Below, in pieces: positions 27,921-35,642 of a stretch of 64,000 nt of DNA (its first letter is position 1; each line of letters opens with the position of its first letter). The translations under genes and the position numbers were made by a program. Under the pieces are notes generated by a model that searched no databases, was not told the origin of the DNA, and saw nothing but the letters and a program-made list of their open reading frames with translations. Source of the DNA: Steroidobacteraceae bacterium (GTDB lineage: Bacteria; Pseudomonadota; Gammaproteobacteria; Steroidobacterales; Steroidobacteraceae); NCBI GenBank assembly GCA_036499585.1, contig DASYDM010000004.1, forward strand, positions 264,361 through 328,360, in the 5' to 3' direction.

Positions 27921-28889
27921 CTATCGACCGCTCGCAGTCTTCGCGACCGGCCGCACCACCGGCGGCACGTTGCACACGTCGATCCGTCCGGCCGGCACCT
28001 TGAACCACTCTTCGTGCCGATTCCGCCGCGTTTCCACGTACGCGGTCCAGGTCGGCGTATCGGTCCTCAATTCCTCCAGCTGCGTTCGCTGAGCCTCCGG
28101 GACGTCAGACGCGATGCGCATCGACTTGATCGCCGTGCGCTGCTCGGGTTTCTCGTAAAAGCCCATGGGTCCTGTCCCCCGCGGCAATGACGACAGCAGC
28201 TCCATGCCTTGCACCACACGACCCACCAGGGTCACGTTGCGATCGAGGTGGCGGGGTGCCTGGCCGATGACCGCGTAGAGCTCGGTGCCGCCCCCGCTAT
28301 CGACGTCGTTGTCGCGCCCCGCACCGACCATCCCGTAACAATGAATCAACCAGGCGCGACCAAACTTCGGATCACGCGCCGCGGGAAAGCCATCGACGAA
28401 GCCGGCTTCCGGTGCATAGGTGTCAGGATCCGGAAGGGGAGAAAAAGTCAGCCCGCGTGAGGGCCGTTCGAACTCGGCCGACAGACTTGCGTGCGCCGCC
28501 CCGATAGGCTTCTTGCCGCTCGCGTCGCCCCATTGCACGACGTAGTTGTCCTGCGCCCGCAGGACTGCGGTACCGTCAAAGTAGTTCTCTCGGGCCAGCG
28601 CTTCGATGTTGGCGACGTGATGCGGCGCGAACTGCGGCGCCAGCTCGATGATCACCCGCCCCGCGGGCAATTCCAGATAAAGCGTGTTCTTGGGGTCGAG
28701 CGGCAGCCAATCGCTTGGAGTGGACGTCGCAAGCACAGCCTCTGTCGTGAGTGCTTTGTTGGCGCCGTCGCTTTGTGTCGCGGTGGCGCTCCAACACACG
28801 GCCGACGCAAAGAGCGTCGCCACTATCGTCACCGTCCGAGCACCGTCACGTCGTCTCACTTCACTGCCGCCCGTCGCTTCGCTTCTCAC
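27921..28889 (-). CDS. Exported cyclophilin-type peptidyl-prolyl isomerase family protein
   Basis: Signal-like N-terminus. Cyclophilin-like core ([44 protein letters not shown] ... [24 protein letters not shown]). Confidence 0.75.
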   Translation of the reverse strand: MRSEATGGSEVRRRDGARTVTIVATLFASAVCWSATATQSDGANKALTTEAVLATSTPSDWLPLDPKNTLYLELPAGRVIIELAPQFAPHHVANIEALARENYFDGTAVLRAQDNYVVQWGDASGKKPIGAAHASLSAEFERPSRGLTFSPLPDPDTYAPEAGFVDGFPAARDPKFGRAWLIHCYGMVGAGRDNDVDSGGGTELYAVIGQAPRHLDRNVTLVGRVVQGMELLSSLPRGTGPMGFYEKPEQRTAIKSMRIASDVPEAQRTQLEELRTDTPTWTAYVETRRNRHEEWFKVPAGRIDVCNVPPVVRPVAKTASGR

Positions 28890-30283
28890 CCCACAGCCTT
28901 GATCGCCTGGATCAGTTCGGCGCCGGCCTTCTGCGCGTCGCCGTAGAGCATCCGGGTGTTGTCCAGGTAGAACAGCGCATTCTCGATGCCCGAGAACCCT
29001 GCGCCCTGACCGCGCTTGATCACGATGACGTTCTTCGCTTTGTCGGCGTTGAGGATCGGCATGCCGTAGATCGGGCTGGACTTGTCGTTTCGAGCCACTG
29101 GATTGACGACGTCGTTGGCGCCAATGATCAGCGCGACGTCCGCGGTTTCGAACTCCGCGTTGATCTCATCCAGATCCGAGATCAGATCGTACGGCACGCC
29201 CGCTTCCGCGAGCAGCACGTTCATGTGGCCGGGCATGCGGCCCGCCACGGGGTGAATGGCGAACTTCACCGTCACACCGCGATCGAGCAGGAGTTGGCAC
29301 AACTCCCAGATCTTGTGCTGCGCCTGGGCGACGGCCATCCCGTAACCCGGGACGATGATGACCTTCTGTGCAAAGGCCATCATGACACCGACGTCGGAAG
29401 CCTCGATGGGTTTGAGACTTCCCGTGACGTCGCCGCTGGCCGCGGCCCCGCCGGTATCGCCGAACCCTGAGAACAGAACGTTACCCAGCGACCGGTTCAT
29501 CGCCCTGGCCATCAGTTGCGTGAGCAGCGTGCCCGCCGAGCCGACCACCGTGCCCGCGATGATCATGGCGGCGTTGTTGAGAACGAAGCCCTCGAAGCCA
29601 ACGGCCAGGCCCGTCAATGCGTTGTAGAGGGAGATGACGACCGGCATGTCAGCGCCGCCGATGGGCAGCGTCATCGTGACGCCGAGGACCAACGCGAGCG
29701 CGAACAGACCCGTGACGTGGCCCGAAAGGCCGCCGTCGCCCGAGCCCAGGTGGATGGCTACGATCCCTCCGACCACCACCGTAGCGACCAGGATGAGCAG
29801 ATTCAGGATCTGCTGGCCCCGGAAGCGCGCGCTGCGCTTGATCAAGCCCTGCAGCTTGCCGAAGGCGATAGCGCTGCCGCTGAAGGAGACCGCGCCGATG
29901 ATGCCGCCGATGACGGCCAGCGTCGAACTCGCGTAGCCCTGCGCCTCCGCGCGATATAACTCGACCGCCGCGATCGCGGCTGCCGCGCCGCCGCCCATGC
30001 CGTTGTAAAGCGCGATCATCTGCGGCATGTTGGTCACCGCGACCCGCTTGCCGCTCCACCACGCCAGGCTCCCTCCCACCAGGATCGCCAGCCCGATGAG
30101 GGGGTAGTTGGTCATCCCCGGATAGGCGAAGGTGACGATCGTCGCCACCAGCATTCCGGCGCCGGCCCACAGGATGCCGCTACGCGCCGTGACCGGGGAG
30201 CTCATGCGCTTCAACCCGAGGATGAACAGGACCGCCGTGACGAAGTAACTCGCCTGAATCAGCAACCCGCGGTCGAAGGCCAT
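28886..30283 (-). CDS. pntB: NAD(P) transhydrogenase subunit beta
   Basis: 465 aa, a multi-TM N-terminal half plus the dIII NADP(H) domain (IIVPGYGMAVAQAQH..., GANDVVNP). Confidence 0.93.
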   Translation of the reverse strand: MAFDRGLLIQASYFVTAVLFILGLKRMSSPVTARSGILWAGAGMLVATIVTFAYPGMTNYPLIGLAILVGGSLAWWSGKRVAVTNMPQMIALYNGMGGGAAAAIAAVELYRAEAQGYASSTLAVIGGIIGAVSFSGSAIAFGKLQGLIKRSARFRGQQILNLLILVATVVVGGIVAIHLGSGDGGLSGHVTGLFALALVLGVTMTLPIGGADMPVVISLYNALTGLAVGFEGFVLNNAAMIIAGTVVGSAGTLLTQLMARAMNRSLGNVLFSGFGDTGGAAASGDVTGSLKPIEASDVGVMMAFAQKVIIVPGYGMAVAQAQHKIWELCQLLLDRGVTVKFAIHPVAGRMPGHMNVLLAEAGVPYDLISDLDEINAEFETADVALIIGANDVVNPVARNDKSSPIYGMPILNADKAKNVIVIKRGQGAGFSGIENALFYLDNTRMLYGDAQKAGAELIQAIKAVG

Positions 30284-30606
30284 CAGTGCGCCCTCGCCGG
30301 CTTCACAGTATCGTCTTTCTTTCTTGGGGCGCCGCTCGATTTGAACATCTCGAGCATGCGCTCCGTGACAACGTAACCGCCGACGGCATTGCCCGCCGCG
30401 AGGAGTACGCCGATGAATCCGATCGTCTTTTCCAGCGGCGTGTGGGCTGACCCGAGCGCAACCATAGCGCCCACCAGGACGATGCCGTGTACGAAGTTCG
30501 ATCCCGACATCAGGGGCGTGTGCAGGATCACAGGCACCCGCGAGATGACTTCGTAGCCGGTGAAGGCCGCCAGCATGAAGATGTACAGAGCGACGATTCC
30601 GGTCAT
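30283..30606 (-). CDS. pntAB: NAD(P) transhydrogenase subunit alpha part 2
   Basis: 107-aa membrane protein between pntAA and pntB. Its stop overlaps the pntB start. Confidence 0.88.
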   Translation of the reverse strand: MTGIVALYIFMLAAFTGYEVISRVPVILHTPLMSGSNFVHGIVLVGAMVALGSAHTPLEKTIGFIGVLLAAGNAVGGYVVTERMLEMFKSSGAPRKKDDTVKPARAH

Positions 30607-30609
30607 GTC

Positions 30610-31734
30610 TTAACCTTCCACCGCTTTCCGGGTTGGCTCGTGGCTGATTCGTCCGTCGCGCGTCACACAGGACTGCGCGAAAACCTCGTCATTCCAATCG
30701 ATCGCCAGCTCGCCCTGGTTGATGGCGGGCTTGAGGAAGTTGAGCAGGTTGCGCGCGTACATCTCGCTCGCGTTGTACGCCAGCGTGCTGGGAAGGTTTA
30801 CCGCGCCAACGATCTTCACCCCCTGGTGGTCGACGACTTCCCCGGCACGGGTCAACTCGCAGTTGCCCCCTTGCTCGGCGGCGACGTCGACGATGACCGA
30901 GCCAGGCCGCATCCGCTCCACCACGGCACGCGAGATGATCTTTGGAGCCGGTCTGCCGGGTACCGATGCAGTGCTGACGACGGCATCCGCTGCGGCGATT
31001 CTCAAGTCCAGGGCTTCTTGCTGCTTCCGCTTTTCCTCGTCCGTCAGCTCACGGGCGTATCCCCCGGCGCCGTCGGCGCTGACGCCGGTCTCCACGAACT
31101 TCGCACCCAGGGACTTGACCTGTTCCTTCGTCGCACTGCGCACGTCATAGGCTTCGACCACCGCTCCCAGACGCCGGGCTGTGGCGATCGCCTGCAGACC
31201 CGCCACGCCAGCGCCGATGATCAGCGCCTGCGAAGGCCGGATCGTTCCCGCGGCGGTTGTCAGCATCGGGAAGAACTTCTGCAGATGGTTCGCCGCTATC
31301 AGGACCGCCTTGTAGCCGGCAATCGCTGCCTGCGAAGACAGGGCGTCCATGGACTGCGCGCGAGAGATACGCGGGATCAGCTCCACGGCGAACGTGGTAA
31401 GCCCACGCTCCTTGTACGCCGCTACTTCGGCCTTACGCGCGTAAGGCTGCATGAATCCGACCACGATGGCGGTCGCTTTCAGTTGCCTTATCTGTTCCAC
31501 TGAGAGTGGCTGAACGGTCAGAACGACGTCGGATTGCTCTAGAACTGCGGTCGCGGATTCAACCCACGTCACATTCTTGTAAGAAGAATCCGGAAACTGA
31601 GCGCCGCCGCCTGCGCCGCGTTGAAGGATGACGCGCGCGCCAGTTTGGGCGAATTTGTCGACGACTTCCGGGACGAGGCTGACACGAGCTTCTTGAGGCG
31701 CGCTTTCACGGAAGGCGCCGATGGTAACTGGCAT
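30610..31734 (-). CDS. pntAA: NAD(P) transhydrogenase subunit alpha part 1
   Basis: Start set at MPVTIGAFRESAPQEARV (ATG 31734). Alanine-dehydrogenase/PNT fold with GAGVAGLQAIATARRLGA. The 42 upstream codons of the track ORF lie in AT-rich promoter DNA. Confidence 0.9.
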   Translation of the reverse strand: MPVTIGAFRESAPQEARVSLVPEVVDKFAQTGARVILQRGAGGGAQFPDSSYKNVTWVESATAVLEQSDVVLTVQPLSVEQIRQLKATAIVVGFMQPYARKAEVAAYKERGLTTFAVELIPRISRAQSMDALSSQAAIAGYKAVLIAANHLQKFFPMLTTAAGTIRPSQALIIGAGVAGLQAIATARRLGAVVEAYDVRSATKEQVKSLGAKFVETGVSADGAGGYARELTDEEKRKQQEALDLRIAAADAVVSTASVPGRPAPKIISRAVVERMRPGSVIVDVAAEQGGNCELTRAGEVVDHQGVKIVGAVNLPSTLAYNASEMYARNLLNFLKPAINQGELAIDWNDEVFAQSCVTRDGRISHEPTRKAVEG

Positions 31735-31854
31735 TCGTGGCCTCGTTTCGGTGTGGGAGCGTAGCCGGGCGGCTACGCCGTTCGAATTCCCCAACGTAAT
31801 GAAGACGTTGCAACGTTGAATTCTTGCATATATCTGCCTTATCTTACACCTGTT

Positions 31855-32529
31855 ATGCATGGGATCGATCTAGAGCGCGCCGACCACGGACATCAGGAGG
31901 ACCTGCGCATCGTCGCCAGCAAAGCGACTCGCGGGCTCTCCCAGCTCGTCCTGCGCACCGATGTGGCTGGAATGCCGCTCGAGTGGATCGATTACAAGGA
32001 AGCCGCACGCCTGTATCACCAGGAACAGGTGGCATACACCTGCGGCTCGATGCTTTACCGGCTGTATGGCGGGGTGAACGCCCTGACGGGTCGACGCACG
32101 ATCCTCGAGGTCAACTCGATCGTCGCGACCGTTGGGCACACTGGAAATCCCGGTAATACGCGCCACGACTACGTGCCGCCCCTGAACAATCAGACACTCT
32201 TCAGACGGGACGCGTACCTGTGCATGTACTGCGCGCTGCGGTTCGCCTCGAGAGACCTGTCTCGCGATCACATCAGACCCTTCAGTCAGGGCGGCATCGA
32301 TGTCTGGACCAATGTCGTGACGGCCTGCCGACGCTGCAACAATCGGAAGGCTTCACGGACACCCGAGCAGGCGAAGATGCAACTCATCGCGGTGCCGTTC
32401 ACGCCGACCTACGCGGAGTACATTTTCCTCAAAGGCCGCCGGGTGCTGGCGGACCAGATGGAGTACCTCCTGGCTCACTTCCCGCGGACGAGTCCCTTGC
32501 ACGACCGCATTCAACGCTGGCTGTCGTGA
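31855..32529 (+). CDS. HNH endonuclease family protein
   Basis: HNH core CMYCALRF...LSRDHIRPFSQGGIDVWTNVVTACRRCNNRK. The start is uncertain (ATG 31855 chosen; track start is 31816). Confidence 0.72.
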   Translation: MHGIDLERADHGHQEDLRIVASKATRGLSQLVLRTDVAGMPLEWIDYKEAARLYHQEQVAYTCGSMLYRLYGGVNALTGRRTILEVNSIVATVGHTGNPGNTRHDYVPPLNNQTLFRRDAYLCMYCALRFASRDLSRDHIRPFSQGGIDVWTNVVTACRRCNNRKASRTPEQAKMQLIAVPFTPTYAEYIFLKGRRVLADQMEYLLAHFPRTSPLHDRIQRWLS

Positions 32530-32533
32530 AGAC

Positions 32534-33430
32534 TTGATCGTCCTGGTAGACGCTTCCGTATACGTCTTCCGGGCGTACTACTCCGAGCTTCCCGATCGGG
32601 TGGACTGCGACGGCAACCCCGTCAACGCGGTGTTTGGTTTCGCGCGCTTTCTCGGCGACCTCATCGAAAGGCTTCAGCCCCGCTACGTGGCCGTCGCCTT
32701 CGACCAGCGGGCCGCCGACTCGTACCGCAGCCGGATCTATCCGCCCTACAAGGCCAATCGCAACCCACCCCCTCCCGGGCTGGTCCCGCAGTTCGCCATC
32801 TGTCGTGAGCTGTGCAGTCACCTCGGAGTGGCCGGCTTCGTCAATCCGGAGTTCGAAGCGGACGACATCATCGGGACCCTCGCGCTGCGGATGCGCGAGG
32901 AGGGCGTGAGGTCCACGATCATCACCCGGGACAAGGATCTCGCTCAGCTGGTCCGCAACGGCGATCTGTTCTGGGATTTCGGGGCCCGCGTGCAGTTCGG
33001 CTATCACGACATCCAGCGGCATTTCGGCGTGACGCCGGAGCGATTCGCGGACTACCTGGCGCTCACGGGCGATGAGGTGGACAACATTCCGGGCGTGCCC
33101 GGAATCGGTCACAAGACCGCCGCCTCGCTGATGAAGGAATTCGAGTCGCTCGAGCACCTTTACGCGTGCCTGGGGCAGGTGGCGGGCCTGAAGATCCGGG
33201 GCGCCGGGACGCTTGGGGAGAGGTTGAGCCGGCACCGGGAGGCGGTGTTTCTGTCTCGCCGGCTGACGCAGATCCACTGCGACATGCAACTGGGCGTGGA
33301 AATGGAAGGCCTGCGTCGTCAAGCGCCGAATCTTGCGACTCTGGGTCGCTTCTATGACCGGCTGGGATTCGGCCCGTTCTTACGGCGCCAGGGCGAGCGG
33401 CTCGCGCAGCTACCGCAACGCGCGGCGTGA
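32534..33430 (+). CDS. 5'-3' exonuclease / flap endonuclease (Pol I 5'-nuclease-like, stand-alone)
   Basis: TTG start 4 nt after the HNH stop. LVDASVYVFRAYY, EADDIIGTL, ITRDKDLAQL, and H3TH DNIPGVPGIGHKTAASL. Confidence 0.8.
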   Translation: MIVLVDASVYVFRAYYSELPDRVDCDGNPVNAVFGFARFLGDLIERLQPRYVAVAFDQRAADSYRSRIYPPYKANRNPPPPGLVPQFAICRELCSHLGVAGFVNPEFEADDIIGTLALRMREEGVRSTIITRDKDLAQLVRNGDLFWDFGARVQFGYHDIQRHFGVTPERFADYLALTGDEVDNIPGVPGIGHKTAASLMKEFESLEHLYACLGQVAGLKIRGAGTLGERLSRHREAVFLSRRLTQIHCDMQLGVEMEGLRRQAPNLATLGRFYDRLGFGPFLRRQGERLAQLPQRAA

Positions 33431-33433
33431 GCA

Positions 33434-33512
33434 GCCGGCAAAAACCAAGGTTTTTGCCGGCGGTTGACGAAGTGATGTCCGCGACAAGCGCCGCAGGCGA
33501 CTTTTCGCCAAG
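33434..33512 (-). repeat. Dispersed stop-codon-adjacent intergenic element, copy A
   Basis: Read on the minus strand from the anti-sigma TAG: TTAACTTGGCGAAAAGTCGCCTGCGGCGCTTGTCGCGGACATCACTTCG...CCGGCAAAAACCTTGGTTTTTGCCGG. It shares blocks with copies at 48529-48624, 60452-60532 and 61751-61790. It contains a perfect 12-bp inverted repeat, CCGGCAAAAACC/GGTTTTTGCCGG (33435-33460). Confidence 0.7.
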
Positions 33513-33516
33513 TTAA

Positions 33517-34152
33517 CTAAGGCTTCTGTCCTGTCACGCAGCCCAGCGGCTCGCTCGTGCCGTCGGCGCTCTGCGCTTCCAGATGCACCGCCCGGCCGGC
33601 CAAGGCCTGGACTTCGATCTGCAGCAGGCGGCTGCCGTCCGGCTGCACGCTCACGGAGTAAGCGCCCTCGGGCAGTTCCTTGTGATCCGAGTTCAACGCC
33701 AGCAGCGCGCTGCTCCCGGTGATACCGCCCAAGCGGACCACTGCGTCCGTCGTGCGGGGAGCCAGCTTGATCGCCTGACACTCTTCTGCACCGCGCGTCA
33801 GGTTCAGCGGCATGTTGAAGAACACGGTTCCACCGTCAGAGATGGCGGGATGCGTCGTGCTATGACCGAGCCATCCGCCGGCCGCGCCGACGCTTGTGGC
33901 GAGCAGGACCGAGGCTGCCAGCCGCCATGCGGGTGCCTGTCGGGACCGCGCCGGGACGTTGGCCGCGGGCGTGACCAGGCGCCGCACCTTCGCGGGCATG
34001 TTGATCTTGATTGCGCGCCAGGTCTCGACGTCCTCCACACATTCCGGGCAAGCCATCATGTGCATCTCGAACGCTTCCTGCGTGGGGCCGTCGAGTCCAT
34101 CTGCCACGTAAACGGCCGCCGTCTGATTTGCCTTGAACTGTGAATGATCCAT
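33517..34152 (-). CDS. zf-HC2 anti-sigma factor with one TM and a periplasmic C-terminal domain
   Basis: Start at MDHSQFKAN (ATG 34152, GGGAGA SD), 9 nt after the sigma stop. H-x3-C-x2-C motif HMMACPEC. TM segment WRLAASVLLATSVGAAGGWLG. The ~110-aa C-terminal domain belongs to no family I recognise. Confidence 0.75.
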   Translation of the reverse strand: MDHSQFKANQTAAVYVADGLDGPTQEAFEMHMMACPECVEDVETWRAIKINMPAKVRRLVTPAANVPARSRQAPAWRLAASVLLATSVGAAGGWLGHSTTHPAISDGGTVFFNMPLNLTRGAEECQAIKLAPRTTDAVVRLGGITGSSALLALNSDHKELPEGAYSVSVQPDGSRLLQIEVQALAGRAVHLEAQSADGTSEPLGCVTGQKP

Positions 34153-34160
34153 GGTTCTCC

Positions 34161-34811
34161 CTATCCATGCGTCGACTGGGGTTCGCCCGAGTCGCCGTCG
34201 ATTGCGAGGCCGTTGCGGCGAAGGATGTCGCCGAAACGCTGCCGTGCGCGCCACAAGACCTGGTTGAATTGCATGTCCGTCAACTTCAAAGACTCACGAA
34301 TCGAAGTCCGCGGCTCTTCCTGCAGGTAGAACCGCTCGAGAACCTCCCGATCCCGCGGAACGGGGAGGTGGCCCATCAGATCGCGCACGCACTTTGCGAG
34401 CTGCTCATGATCCACTCGCTCCTCCAGGGACAATGCGTCGTCCTGTAGGTTGGAGAGCAGCTCCTTGTCGTTGTCGTGCTTACGCGAAAGCTCGCCACGC
34501 CAATAGGCCGTCGCCAGCTTGCACGCGGTCCGATAAAGGTATCCTCCGAGATTGCTCGGATCCTCCAACCCCTCTGCGCGGATCTTTTTGATCGCCTGCA
34601 GAAAGGTACGTTGCAACAGATCGTCCGCCGCATCCCGATCGATGCGCCTGTGGAGAAATACCTGCATCAAGGGGCGCCGATATCTCAGGTAGAGTTGGTC
34701 TTGCAGCGCACTTTGTTCGGCTACAGCTTCCACGAGCGACAAATCGCCCCGGTCGGCCCGGTCCAAGGCCTTGTCGGATGTCTCTCCCTGCGCTGTCTCG
34801 CTGTAGGTCAT
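34161..34811 (-). CDS. ECF-type RNA polymerase sigma factor (module 2)
   Basis: Region 2 (DAADDLLQRTFLQAIKKI...YLYRTACKLATAYWR) and region 4 (LPVPRDREVLERFYLQEEPRTSIRESLKLTDMQFNQVLWRARQRF). Confidence 0.85.
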   Translation of the reverse strand: MTYSETAQGETSDKALDRADRGDLSLVEAVAEQSALQDQLYLRYRRPLMQVFLHRRIDRDAADDLLQRTFLQAIKKIRAEGLEDPSNLGGYLYRTACKLATAYWRGELSRKHDNDKELLSNLQDDALSLEERVDHEQLAKCVRDLMGHLPVPRDREVLERFYLQEEPRTSIRESLKLTDMQFNQVLWRARQRFGDILRRNGLAIDGDSGEPQSTHG

Positions 34812-34842
34812 GGACGTTATCTGTTTGCGGCGTGATGTCGAT

Positions 34843-34868
34843 GACGTAGCAGCCGCACGTCTCTATTC
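34843..34868 (-). promoter_or_regulatory. Candidate ECF-type promoter upstream of the ECF sigma 2 gene (GAATAG-N16-CGTC)
   Basis: Minus strand reads GTGGAATAGAGACGTGCGGCTGCTACGTCAT, ending 31 nt before the ATG. The same GAATA-N16-CGTC architecture occurs upstream of the repeat-peptide gene. Confidence 0.35.
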
Positions 34869-35251
34869 CACGAACTCTTCGTTCAGCAATCTAGCATAGG
34901 GGCGACCGCGGCCGCTCCTGCGGGAATCCGAGATCAATTTGGATTAAGTCAAATAAAGGTCGGGAAAGTGTGGGAAGCGTGACCCGGGTCCAATAGGGGA
35001 GGCCCCCGCGGGGGTCCCTCGTTGCTGCATTGCACGGTGAGGGGTGCCCGAAGGGGTCTGGTCAGGGCGTTCGACGGCCCTGAAATCGAGTGGGCTCCCC
35101 CGGGACGGGCTGCGGCGCCCGCCGAGGGTAGTACCGGGATTACTCCATCAACGAAACGATACTCATCGGGCGTGCCGGTAGGAGTGTATCCACACCAAGT
35201 TCGACAACGCGGCGGGGGGGCGCGGGGTGCCCCCTAGCCCGTGTTCCGATG

Positions 35252-35269
35252 TGCCGTCGGACGACGGCA
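35252..35269 (-). terminator. Hairpin directly after the repeat-peptide stop
   Basis: TGCCGTC-GGAC-GACGGCA, a 7-bp perfect stem beginning 6 nt after the stop codon. No U-tract follows, so intrinsic termination is uncertain. Confidence 0.3.
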
Positions 35270-35274
35270 TCAAA

Positions 35275-35532
35275 TCAGTACTGACCGTGGATGACGCCGT
35301 CGTCATTCAACTTCAGATACTGACCGTGAATGACACCATCGTCATTCAACTTGAGATATTGGCCGTGGATGACGCCGTCGTCGGCCAGCTTCAGATACTG
35401 CCCGTGAATGACGCCGTCGTCGGTAAGTTGGTTTGCGGCAGACTGCTCAGCGGCACGGGCTTGACTGTTGGCGGCCATCGCAACGAGCGACAGTGAGGTG
35501 GCGAGCGCGAGCGTCAGGAATTTGCGGGACAT
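35275..35532 (-). CDS. Small secreted protein built from 4 tandem 13-aa repeats (DDGVIHGQYLKLx)
   Basis: 85 aa. GAGGAGA SD 6-7 nt upstream of the ATG. Signal peptide MSRKFLTLALATSLSLVAMAANSQA. The four repeats have an identical 12-aa core but multiple synonymous codon differences. Confidence 0.7.
   Translation of the reverse strand: MSRKFLTLALATSLSLVAMAANSQARAAEQSAANQLTDDGVIHGQYLKLADDGVIHGQYLKLNDDGVIHGQYLKLNDDGVIHGQY
35278..35421 (-). repeat. In-frame 39-bp tandem repeat (3.7 units) encoding DDGVIHGQYLKL(A/N)
   Basis: The units differ only at third-codon positions inside the core (Q CAG/CAA, G GGT/GGC/GGG, I ATC/ATT, D GAC/GAT, L CTG/CTC) and at the one linker codon (T/A/N/N). Confidence 0.9.
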
Positions 35533-35556
35533 GGAAATCTCCTCGAAGAGTGAATG

Positions 35557-35582
35557 GACGGATGAGCAATCCGCGGTTATTC
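35557..35582 (-). promoter_or_regulatory. Candidate ECF-type promoter upstream of the repeat-peptide gene (GAATAA-N16-CGTC)
   Basis: Minus strand reads GTGAATAACCGCGGATTGCTCATCCGTCCAT, with CGTC ending 24 nt before the ATG. It matches the motif and spacing found upstream of the ECF sigma 2 gene. Confidence 0.35.
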
Positions 35583-35642
35583 ACTGCTGCGAGGAGGCGA
35601 GTTATCTCAGAGCCCGCAGCGGGCTACGGACTTCGGCCCAGG

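Noticed and set aside
32429-33322. 297-aa minus-strand ORF
   Set aside because: It is antisense to the 5'-3' exonuclease gene, which carries clear catalytic-site and H3TH motifs.
35061-35082. tRNA T-arm-like hairpin (CAGGGC GTTCGACG GCCCTG)
   Set aside because: No acceptor, D or anticodon arms can be built around it, and the loop is 8 nt rather than the 7-nt TTCGAAT type.
35278-35421. Possible CRISPR-like or non-coding tandem repeat
   Set aside because: The units are contiguous (no spacers), 39 bp long (an in-frame length), and differ only at synonymous positions within an ORF that has an SD and a signal peptide. It is a coding repeat, not a CRISPR array.
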